A model generated the notes under the pieces. It ran no database searches, had not been told where the DNA came from, and saw only the letters and a program-made list of their open reading frames with translations. DNA of 59,960 nucleotides, filler included. It is 5 parts of 5 records of this genome, joined end to end, with 100 filler letters (N's around TTAATTAATTAA, not from the genome) between each part and the next. Parts side by side here need not be neighbours in the genome. Positions count along the whole stretch, not along the records: positions 17,538 to 26,613 come from SRR2962707_2335; positions 26,714 to 33,538 come from SRR2962707_2336; 3 more parts are not named here. One strand, given 5' to 3'. A program made the position numbers and the translations under genes. Below are positions 18,407 through 29,218 of the stretch, in pieces (position 1 is the first letter of the stretch; the number at the start of each line of letters is the position of its first letter).

Positions 18407-21400
18407 CTATTCTGCGTTGTCAGCGGCGCTCCCACCGCCACCAGCTTCTAGCTCATCACCTGGGGTTGATTCAGAAAAGAGATTCTTTTGCAGCTTGGGG
18501 TACTGGCGCTGAAACAAAAGCAAAAAAATATGCCAATGACGTTTTATGCACAGTCGTCGGAGTCGTTTCATACCACAAACTTCACATGCAACCGGTTTCA
18601 CAATCAACACAGCAACGTGAGAGATCCACTACAATTGCTTTTCAACGAACCTCTCGGGCATCGCTTCGGTTGCGCCCGCCTTCGATTGTAGAGTCTGGCA
18701 GATTAAGGTGTCGAGGAGGAGACAGCAGAGGACTAAAAGTGCTGCCATCTGGCTCGACTTCTTGCCCAGGAACACGCTCCAGTTGCCCTTTCTTGATGGT
18801 GGGCGGTTGACCCTTTACAAACTCATCGCCCACGTGGTTGCCGAGTGTGGTCTTCGAAACGTCGTTAGCCCCATCCCGAGGTTTCGAAGGGGTGTCCTGG
18901 GCAGCCACAATGTCCGTTTTTTCTACCCAGCGTTTTAGCTCCTCCGAGTACACCATTGAATTGCCTTCCTCACCCAAGTTTGCTTTGATAATAACCGGTC
19001 CGGTGTTGGAAGCACGAACCTTGTTTCGAAACGATCCGAAAAGAGTCTTGACTTTTCCGACCGTGCCTTTTGCCAGCGACGCTGCAGCATCTTTGAAAAA
19101 AGTTGGGGTCCAGTTGGAGGTGGATTTATCGCCGTCGCCATTCTCGCTGTCAGCGTCACTGTCGCTAAGATCAGACAATTCGGACAGCTGAGAGGAGGAT
19201 GATGAGTTCGAGGTCGATGCTTTCTCGTCTGGAGTCGCGTCCAAATCCTTCTGGGTGTCGCTTTCTCGTCCACTGCTGAGCCACATTGGGTGCACAGTGC
19301 GAAGGTCTTCCTGCCCTGCATCAGGATCGCCGCTTGGATGAGATTCCTTGGAGCCACCGATGTACGTGTCAAACTCAGTCTCAGTGTAGCCATAAGATTC
19401 GGACTCGAACGTTGGCCTTTCCCATTGCGAGTCACCCGTGGCTTCATAAACAAAGTATTCCTGGCCATATGCGTCCTCGAGTGCGATCCAGCCTGGAGGT
19501 AGCGCTTGATCGTCACCGCCTTCAAAGTACTCATCGTCATTGGCATACTGCTGTTGACCTTGATCAAAGTTGGCATTTAGTTCACCTTGATCTTGGTCAA
19601 AGTGTTCTGTTGGGCCGTATTGTTCATTTTCAACTTCATCGAAAGGTTCTGGTTCGCCATAGTGATCAGATTGCTCGTATTCTTCCTGTGGAGCGTATTG
19701 CTGGTCATCGTCATAGTGCGCTGGATCGTCCGGGGAAGCAATGTCAACACCGTCATCGATGCTTATGCGATCGTCACCCGGAGTTGGTCGAAATGAAGAT
19801 TCGAGACTTGCCTCGAAGCCATTTGCTAATTCAGTGAAGTCATCCTCGAGTGTGTCGGGGTTTTCGCTCCCAGCCTCGTGAGACCCTGGCTCAGAATCCA
19901 AGGCAGATTGGTCGTCCAGCAGTTGGCGTAGCTCTGCAGCTGAGAGCCCCTTTGCTGCTGCAGCGAAAGCAGCAGCCTCGTCTTTCGAAAGTCCATGGGT
20001 CAATGAATCTGTATCTGCAGTTCCTGAACGAGAACCTGTTCCAGCATATGACCCACCGTTGTCGTGCAAGGAATTTGTTTCACCATTAGGATCGTCGACA
20101 TCAAAGTGTTCAGTTTCAGAAGCACTCCCTGGGTCATCTGTTCCGTCAACCCAGCGCCGTAAAGATGCAGCGCGCGCACGCGCCTCGCCGAGCTTCCAGC
20201 GCTCAAGCTCGTCGCGGTTTTTTTCAAGCGTTTGCTTTGCAAGTGTCATTGGGGTCGCTGCCAGGGACTCTAATCGAGATTCCTCCTCTTCAGCAATCAT
20301 AAGCGGCGGATGTGCACTGGCTAAATTTGTGTTGCGGTGCCCGGCACTACGCTCGAGCAAAGGTCTCAAACCAAGTGGCGAAGGCTTTTTGGGAGGCGCC
20401 GGTGGCAAACGCAACGGCTCAGGCATGGAGCCAACCTCATTGAAAGCGGGTGCAGCCATGCCAACTTCGCTGCCGGATGGTTGAGGAAACCCAGCTGCAA
20501 GTGCCTGGTAGTGCATCAATTGAGCTGCTTTCTTGATGTAATCCTGTGCCGATACTGGGTTCGGATTTTTCTGCTCCTGCTGTGCACGTTGGGCAGCGGC
20601 ATAGTCAAACTCATAAGAGGCGTTAAGGGATCGTTCGGCCAGATCCCACTTTGTTTTGGATGCTCCATTCGGGATTTGCTGCTCATCTTGCCTGGGGTCT
20701 TGGTCTTTTTCCACAGCCTCCACAGTCGTTTCTGTTTGTTTCGAGGACGACGCGGTTGCATTGTTTCCAACATCCTGACCGTGCGTGGCGTGCAACTTCG
20801 ACGACAAGGACAGCGGCCTTGACGTATCAAAAACATCTGCCTCAAGAGACATTTGAGGAAGATTGGGCACTTCCTCGACCTGAAGCTGGGGATTTACCCT
20901 CGTTAGATCCACTTTTTCCGGTGCAATCAACAAATTTTCTGGGGGTGGGGGTCCAGGAGGAGGCCTTCGCTGGTGGTGCAGTGTAGGAATTACGTTCTCT
21001 CGATCGTGACCTTGCGAATAGTGTGTCGCATGCTGGGAATTGGCTTCGTGGGCGTCTTCCTTGCGAACACCATTCAGGGAAACCGACGTCAACGCTTTCA
21101 CCAGGTCTTCATTTTGTCCGAGATTGCTACGAGGTGGCACTTTTTGGGGGTTGGGGCACAACGGCACACTATCAGGCTGGAGAATAACCTGCAACCGCTG
21201 GACGTTGGCCATTATTTCGACATTGGGGTCTCCACCATCTGCATAAGGATCATCGTCGGCAGAGTCGTAGCTTCGACTCACAAGACTGAATTGTGACTGC
21301 AACCTACGACCAGGCAGGCGGTTTGACGACGCGCTCAGTGCCATGGCGGCGTTCGAAACTCCAAGTTCCATCGCAGTTTGCCCAGCGTGATTCTGCAAAG

Positions 21401-24400
21401 CTTTGTCTGCGCCGTAGTCCAGCAGCAGCATGATGAGAGCGATGTCGGCCTGAAACAAGTGCGAAAATTTTGGTTCACAAAGTCCGCCACGAGACACTAT
21501 CTACAAAAATTAATTCAAGCCTGTGCCAATGTCTGTGCAAAACTCACCATAGCAGCCACAAGGTGTAGGACGGTCCCACCATCTTTGAGGCGCTTATTTG
21601 GGTCAGCTCCACACTCTAGCAAACACGTGAGGCACGTGCGTTGACCTTCGTGAATGGCTACAGCCAATGGGGTGTCTCCATTTCCGTCGCAGTCATTGAT
21701 GTGCGAATCGTCGAAGTCGGCCAGGAGTGCAATGGCGTCATGAGACCCGACACATACAGCCTTTGAACATCACACACAACAAGCAGCGATCACAACACAC
21801 GCGCGCACACAACACACAAACAGCTAGAATATTGGCATTAATGAGCCATCAACGAATGCGTCACCAAGCGGTCAGCATACGAACCACGTGAAACGGCGTG
21901 AGCGCATCCTCGTCCCGAACATGCGCTGCTTCTGGGTACTTCATGAGTAGTTCCTGCAGTTGGCTGTGGTCCTTAGACAGTATTGCACCGAACACTGTTC
22001 GCTGGAGTGTGCTAACATGTGCACTAATAGGACGGGCCGAAACGTTGCGGAAAAATGCTGCCCACACATCCAAAATTCGCTGCGTCGGGGGCCCTGTCGA
22101 CGCGTCCAGCGGGGCTTGCTCATCGGTTGCATTGTTGCCAGCAGCCAATGGGCGGTCGTCTGAGGAGGTGCCTAGCTCGGCTTGTTCCAGTGGATGCGCT
22201 AGTGTGCGACTACTGGGTACAGACGATGCAATTGATAATTGTCCGCTGTCCCCAGAAGGCGATCGTGGTAGCTTTCCTGCGCTTGTCCAGCGCTCTGTAG
22301 TCGTTGGATGTATTTCGGAATCGGCATGCTTTTCAATGTCTGCGTCGTGAGGTAGGGATTGGTTCTGAAAAGGTTGTTCGGGCTGAAAACTGGCCTCTGG
22401 AGTTCCATCGTCGTTGGAGTTGCCCAAAATTGTTGGTCTAGAATCATTCGGTGGACGATCGGCAACGTCACGGTCCGATGTGTGCTCCAACTGAGGGGCG
22501 AAATTTTGGGCGTGGTTGTCGCTGATCTGAGGCATATCGTTGTCGTTGCCGTCGCTATCGTGTGGACTTGCCAGACTGCCACTAGCTTCGTCAGATGATG
22601 GCATGTCGCCATCGCTTACTACGAGGTCCTCGGGTGGTGGCCGAATGAACCCAAGATCCGCAGCTGTTCGGCCTGTGTGGCTAGGTGGACCGGCTGGACT
22701 TGGGTGCTTACGCGATGGCAACGCATCTTGAATCGGGGAGGGTGGCGGTGGCTTGGCTGGACTCGAGTTGTGAGCGGTGACTTTTGAAGTTGGTGTCGTT
22801 GGTGTTGAACTTTGGCTGTGTGGAGTGGAAAGATCCTCACATTCGAGGCCAGTTTTGCCTGCTGCGCGCGGCACTAACGGTGGTCGCGACATGGTCGCCG
22901 TAGGGTACTCCATCTCATGATGAGGTTCTGCAACGCGATCAATATCGCTTGTACAGGTCCTTTCACGGTGTTGGTCCCCGTGGGGAATCACGTTCACGAC
23001 AACTTCATCCACAGCGGCCGGTGACGTATTGCCTGTGGTCGTTGTAGCGACAATATCGTCGGTGTCGTCGGTGGCAGGAGATACAAGTCCATGCTCTAAA
23101 TTTAGCCCGAGCAGGCGCCCACGCCCTGGAGACACCGCAGCACTGCTCGTGGTGGCGGGCAACACTATTGCTGGCAAAGCCAACTTGGAGAAGACTGGTA
23201 CGTCAGATTCAGCGGAGGAGCTCATTTCCACAGCTTCCTCCTGATCATCAATACCGTGAGGTTCAACAATTGATTGGGGCTCACTCAGTTGCTGGGCCGG
23301 TTCAGACACCTGATAGTTCCGAAATGTGGAGGCGCAAACAACAAGGGCCAAGTCAAACTCTGCAATCACGATGTCTTTGCCGACAATAGTTGACAAAGTG
23401 AATGTACTCACACTCTGAGCAGCTTCCTGGAACTTTCTCTTCAACTCAGCAATTTCTACCTAAAGTGTGGGAGTCAGCAACAAGTTTCGGGGCAAACATC
23501 AGTGGGTTGAACATGTGTCAGTCCAGGTTCAAATTGTGGAAATCTACAACCCTGGGAACATGCGGGAGGAGTACATTTCTGTCGTACACGAAAATCGTTA
23601 CGCTCTCGATTCCATTGAAGTAGCTGCTGGCTCGCGCGTTGTTCTGCAGCCTCACGTGCCTCGCAAGCCTACAAGCGAAGAGAGTGTGAGCTCAGCTAAC
23701 GTAAGTTCAGGTAATGTTGCAATTCTGGAAGCGCACACCCGGCCAGTCGCAAGAAAACAATTTGGGTGATACGCACTTGCAAAAGCTTTTCTTCCAAGGC
23801 AGTCACTTTGGATTGCAATAGCTCGACTTGTCGATTGTGCTGCTCAGCCTTGGCAGCAAGTGCGGAATTTTCTTCCGCAAGCGTTTGCTGAAGCTCTTGT
23901 AGCTCGACCCCCACATTGTGACGAAACAACTTCATCTTAGGAGCACAAAAAACAAGACGAAGAAGAAAAGTCAATTGTATCCATAGTGTCATCGATGTGC
24001 AAGGTACATGCATGCATATCCACACGAGTGAACACACTGACAACTACCCACCTGTGCAGCATGCTCGCTTTGAGCCTCGGCGACCGCATAATCATGTTCA
24101 TTGACAAGTGCTTCAAGCGCTTGTTTATGACGCTCCTCCGCCGCTTCAGCAGCTGCCGCTGCCTGAGCTCGCAAAGACCGAAGGGCATTCTGCAATCCAA
24201 GTGAGTGCTCTTCCTGACTTGCGCTTCGAGAGCGCCATTGTTGCGCCTGACGGTGCAGAATACGCAGTGGACAGGAACGGCCAATCAAATAACAGCAAGC
24301 AAGGATACCTTGCTTCCACGTCTGCACGCACGGCAAGCACGTGCCATGGCATGGCATTGATCGTGAATTACTCAATAAAACAAACCTGCTCCAGAAGCCG

Positions 24401-26207
24401 CGTTTCGAAGGCAGCTTGATCTTGCTGTCGCAACATTTGCTGCTTCTCGCTGAAGGTTGCTTCGAGACCTTGAACCTGCACTTGAAAGTCGGCGGCCTGG
24501 GTCCAGTAGGAGAGGCGATCAGCGGTGAAACAACAGGGAACTTGCTTTTTAGCGAAGAACGCAGTTCGAATGAAGACAGCAAGTTCAAGAATTTCTCCCC
24601 CAAGCAAAAGAAAGACACTGCATACCATCTGAGCTCGTGCTTCCTCAGCTTGTCTCTTTAGCCCAGCATTTTGCAAGTTTACAGCTTGGAGTTTACGCGT
24701 GAGATTTTTTTCTTGAATACGAGCCTTTTCCAGTTCTTCCTCCACACGGGCCAGTTTCGCAGCGTGTTCTCGCGCTAAAGTACGGGCTTTCTCATCCTGA
24801 TCACTTTGCAGAACATCAGCAAGATCATTCGCTTTGTCAGGATTTGGTTTTGGTTTGGTTGACGAAGGCGCAGCACCTCCATCGAGGGCTTGAGCTTTCA
24901 ACTTCTGGTCGCGCGACCCAGCTAGAGATGGGTTGTTGAAATTTGCGTCTATTCGCGGTTGCTCCCATCCCTTTCGAGTCGCGTTGTCGTCCTGAGCCTC
25001 TTGCTCGTGACCCGAACCGTCCTTTTTGTGTGCAATCTGGTTGGATGGAACCGCACCCAAGCCGGTCGACGGTGCTCTGGCTTGCGCCATTGCCTCTTGG
25101 AGCAGCTGTATCCAATCGTACATGTGCGTCAGAGAAAGCAAGAAAAAATCACGCAGATGGTCATCAAAGATGCAAAATGCACCCGTCGGACGCAGGTCAT
25201 GCAGAAACGCCATTTGGCAGATCCGTGGTGTGCTTGCCTGGCAGCATGGGTTGTCGCTGTTGCGCAACGCAATATCGAAGGCGGTATCACCATGCTCATC
25301 TGCCACACTAGGATCCGCGTACCCATACCTGCACCACAACACAACACGGCAGAGGAGATGTCAATGAATGCGTAGCGCGTTTTGGAGAAGCGGAACAATC
25401 ACTGCTCCATGGCATCCATTTGACGCAACAAGCCGCAACTCACTGGAGCAGCCAGTGCAACAAGGAGGCATTCCGCTGCTCGGTTGCGCAGTGCAAGGGA
25501 GTCTGGTTGAGGCGGTTTCGCAAAGCAAGGCACCGACGCGCAAGCGTGGGCTCAGAAGCTGGAGGCCCCGAACTTTGATTTTCACCGACCACGCTTGCCG
25601 CGGATGTTGAGCACGACAAAAGAACCTCAGCCACTGCCACTGCCCAATCTCCAGCTTCGCTTGCGCAGTGGGCGGGACTGTTACCATTTGATCCGAGTGC
25701 ACTCGCCAACCACGTACCTCCAGCCCGTACAAGCAGCTCGACACAATCTGAGTAACCAGCAGCGGCAGCGACGTGGATAGGAAGATTCCCATCAGCATCA
25801 TGTGCAGCAGGATCGGCACGAAGCGTCAAAAGCTTCTCCACCAGATCCGGCCCTTTATAAGCGCTGGAGACAGCCGCGAACAGCTGCGCGGACAGACGCT
25901 GTGCGTCTGAGCGAGCACGCTTCGACACGTCGTCTGAGGAAGACAACAACGACGATGACGATGAAGACAACGGCGACGAAGTTGCTTGTTCGGCTGCGTG
26001 ATATTCGAACTCCCTGGAGCTGCGTTGCAATAGTGCGTCAGCGTTTTCCAGACCGTCCGCACTATTGTGCGCCACCGGCACTTCCCACTGAGACACTTCA
26101 GTCACTGGGTTGTAGTAGTACACAGAGTGGCCGTCCCGGACTTCTTCCCAGGGATGGGGAAGCTCAACTGACCGTGGATTGTGGGGAGCTGCGCGCTCAT
26201 AGTCCAT
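18407..26207 (-). CDS. Large WW + ankyrin-repeat + coiled-coil protein with Sec16-like C-terminal motif; 12 exons, about 2155 aa
   Basis: Modelled minus-strand exons: 26207-25444, 25328-25238, 25105-24626, 24496-24386, 24246-24052, 23935-23777, 23668-23588, 23459-23412, 23309-21885, 21760-21548, 21449-18651, 18508-18407. Frame is preserved across all junctions, and ankyrin consensus is restored by splicing (TPFHV|AVCVG; VLHLVAAM|ADIALIMLLLDYGAD). WW1 is LPHPWEEVRDGHSVYYYNPVTEVSQWEVP and WW2 is LPPGWIALEDAYGQEYFVYEATGDSQWERP. The last exon and the in-frame introns are less certain. Confidence 0.75.
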
Positions 26208-26460
26208 AATGCCGGAATGTACGAGGTATTGACTAGGCGCGGGAAGGGGCGCGAGTTAATTAATGCAGCGCAGAAAAAAAAGACGCCTGCGGACGTCCAT
26301 TGACACCAACAAGCGGTGGCGCAGAGCAAAGTCCCATTCTGTGATTCGTCAGCGATTGACACCGAAGCGGACGAAAGGGAAAAAAATCGACCAGTGCATG
26401 ACGAGGGCAGAGGCAGTTTGACGCAGCATGCCGCTCTGCACCCCGAAAACTCAAAACCCA

Positions 26461-26486
26461 AAAACGAAAACGAAAACGAAAACGAC
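26461..26486. repeat. (AAAACG)4 tandem repeat
   Basis: aaaacgaaaacgaaaacgaaaacgac seen directly, upstream of the ankyrin/WW gene. Confidence 0.8.
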
Positions 26487-26587
26487 AAGAAAGCGAGCAA
26501 TCAATCAGCAACAAAGCAGCGCGCCCAGAAGGAAACTCAAGTGTGCAACAATCTTGCGTCCCTATTCGAGAGTGGCACAATCTCAAC

Positions 26588-26613
26588 GCAGCAGCAGCAG
26601 CAGCAGCAGCAGC
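26588..26613. repeat. (CAG)n microsatellite at the end of contig 2
   Basis: gcagcagcag... run directly before the N-run. Confidence 0.9.
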
Positions 26614-26713
26614 NNNNNNNNNNNNNNNNNNNNNNNNNNNNNNNNNNNNNNNNNNNNTTAATTAATTAANNNNNNNNNNNNNNNNNNNNNNNNNNNNNNN
26701 NNNNNNNNNNNNN
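26614..26713. other. Artificial contig spacer
   Basis: N44-TTAATTAATTAA-N44. Confidence 0.98.
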
Positions 26714-27637
26714 ATCAAAATCCATCAAATCCTGGTAAACCACGCTCAAACCGGACTGCCTACTGGTCTGTACCATGATTTTTGAAATAATCTCATCCGA
26801 AAGGATAAGCTCAACCTCATCCTTACCCACCATTTTGGCAACATCAAAGTTTCGTTTATCTTCTATTTCAGCCGTGATGTGATATGGACGTGTTTCAGCA
26901 GGACCTCTGAGCTTATCTCTTTTAGGATCAGTTACAATCGCCACAATGGTTTTGATAATCTGACTATCTGAGTTCTCATTGTCTTTATCAAGAATGATGA
27001 TTGATTTTGCTTCAAAAGGATTGGCAATTTTTAAGTCGTGAACATCGATTGGATTTCCGGTTCTACAGATGACAACTGTGTTGGCGGTGTTTCCTACCTT
27101 ATCTTTAATTTCATCCTCCATGACAACCTTGTCCATATCGGCGAGAATCACGACAACCCCACGTCTTTGGTTCTCATTGGCTTCTACTATTTCCGGAATA
27201 ATGGTGAATATTTTGGAAGACCAGCCTAGAATTAATACATGGTCTTTCTCGATTACAAAGGATCGGCCTTTTCGTAGAGACTCCAGCTTTGTCACAATAC
27301 CATTAGAGACCAAACCGATGAGAGTGGTTACGATGATCAACCCAAGGATGGTCACCACCATCATGAAGGTTTGAAACGGCCAGTTGTCTTCATGCTCACC
27401 TACTGTGCCGGGATCTAGTATATGTGTCAGATTGACCCATATAGATTCGAATATTCCGAAAGTACTGTCATTAACCTGATGGTCTGGGTGAATACCAATA
27501 AGTAGTAGAGCAATGGCTGAGACTACCACAAGAAACAAGGTAATTAAACCCAGCCCCTTGATCATGGCCATGGTTCCCTGAGAAACAAAACTGTCAAACC
27601 GGTATTTAATCTTATCCGATAAGGAAATTTTCTTCAT
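26714..27637 (-). CDS. CASTOR/POLLUX/DMI1-related cation channel with RCK domain (3' truncated by contig end)
   Basis: Two TM helices flank a pore segment (WVNLTHILDPGTVG). These are followed by LRKGRSFVIEKDHVLILGWS, VICRTGNP and AKSIIIL, the RCK region characteristic of this family. Confidence 0.8.
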
Positions 27638-27879
27638 GTGACTATCTAGTTATTTGCGGCCTGTTTTCAAACAAATCGATCATCGAATTAACTAAAAACG
27701 GGATGATTAACCTTGCCTTATTTTCATTCAAAAAATAATCATCCACGGCTACAGGCGACAAAAGTACTCCTAAAATAATGCAAATTTATGACTGCTCATG
27801 ATTTAGCTACAATACGAAGTGTCAAAAGGATGACACAAAAAATTTGGTAGTATCTTTAAAATGGCCGTAAAATGCTCTT

Positions 27880-29130
27880 ATGAAGAAAATATTTGCGCTC
27901 CTGATCATCGCTATTTTGGTTGTATCATGTAATCCCACCCTTACAACCTTCACTTTTATTTACAATGACGAAGGACCCAACAGGGAAATTGCCTTAAGAA
28001 TGGAAGAACTCCTGGAGAGCTCTTTTTACAATGTTGATATAAAATTAATAGAGGGGAAAAGTACAGATGCCAATCTGGATAGTTTAGTTTCTGAGCAAGT
28101 AGATATTGCCCTGGTGGAAAATTATGTAAACTATCAGCCGGGCTTAAACTCCGCTTTTTCTGTATACTCTGAGGTATTGCACATTTTTTATCGAGAGGGA
28201 ATAGACGGGAGCTCATTTGAATCGCTAATGGTAAGCGGCCCGGTATACATTGGAAGAGAGGAGTCACCGACCTATAATTTGATGATGGACCTCTTTGACT
28301 TTTATGGACTTGACCCTTCGATTCTAGAGGTGACCTTTGAGATGGATAAGGCTGACATTGTGGTAGAGCTCACCAATTTGTTCACGTTGCAAAAGCTGGT
28401 CAGCTATGACGGTTTCAATCTTTTTTCATTTGATCAGGTAGAGCGTCTGGGAAGTGCTTCAACTGTGGAAGGGATTGCATTGAAGTATCCTCGTTTATCC
28501 CCATTTGTCATCCCTCAAAAAGCTTATTGGGGTTATACACAAGAACCGATAGTCACCCTCTCAGTTGATTTGATCATGGTGGTAAGATCAGGATTGCTGG
28601 AAGTCACTGTCAATGACTTCACCAAAACCATGCTTCGAAATCGCCAGGTTTTTACCACCATTGATCCTTTGCTTTTTGATGGACTAAAAGAAGATTTTAA
28701 TCAAGGCATTCTTAACATCCCCCTTCATGAAGGAGCACGAACCTTTCTTGATCGTGATGAGCCAAGTTTCTTTGAGCGCTATGCTGAATTGGGTGGAGTG
28801 ATCCTTTCAATCGTCATCGCTATTTTTAGTGGGATTGTTTCGTTGACCAAGTGGCAGGCACAGAAGAAAAAAGACAAAATAGATGAGTTCTATGAGGATT
28901 TGATGAACATCAAAAATACGATTCCAAAGATTACAGAAATTCCTTCAGCAATGGCACAGGTAAGAAGAATACATGCGGCTCAGAATAAAGCGTTTGAAAT
29001 GCTTATTGCTGAGAAGCTGGTGGCTAATGACAGTTTTAGGATATACATGGAGCTTTCGAAAGAAACCATCAATGAGCTACGTGGAAAAATGCGTATGTTG
29101 AAGGCAAAAAGGGAGCGCACAACTTCTTAG
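27880..29130 (+). CDS. TAXI-family TRAP solute-binding lipoprotein with C-terminal TM helix and helical tail
   Basis: Lipobox LVVSC; GKSTDANLDSL..VDIALV, YSEVLHIFYR and IPLHEGARTFL motifs; hydrophobic segment LGGVILSIVIAIFSGIVSL followed by a charged helical domain. Confidence 0.7.
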   Translation: MKKIFALLIIAILVVSCNPTLTTFTFIYNDEGPNREIALRMEELLESSFYNVDIKLIEGKSTDANLDSLVSEQVDIALVENYVNYQPGLNSAFSVYSEVLHIFYREGIDGSSFESLMVSGPVYIGREESPTYNLMMDLFDFYGLDPSILEVTFEMDKADIVVELTNLFTLQKLVSYDGFNLFSFDQVERLGSASTVEGIALKYPRLSPFVIPQKAYWGYTQEPIVTLSVDLIMVVRSGLLEVTVNDFTKTMLRNRQVFTTIDPLLFDGLKEDFNQGILNIPLHEGARTFLDRDEPSFFERYAELGGVILSIVIAIFSGIVSLTKWQAQKKKDKIDEFYEDLMNIKNTIPKITEIPSAMAQVRRIHAAQNKAFEMLIAEKLVANDSFRIYMELSKETINELRGKMRMLKAKRERTTS

Positions 29131-29218
29131 AAATGAAACTTTTACCAGTAATTGATGATGCTTTAGCTTTTATGCAAAATCGAACCTAAATTCGTGCACA
29201 AATTCTGAGTGAGCATTC

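Noticed and set aside
17711-18512. Independent genes from the short ORFs at the start of contig 2 (e.g. 18111-18512)
   Set aside because: No recognisable domains; they overlap the last exon and probable 3' UTR of the ankyrin/WW gene or low-complexity sequence.
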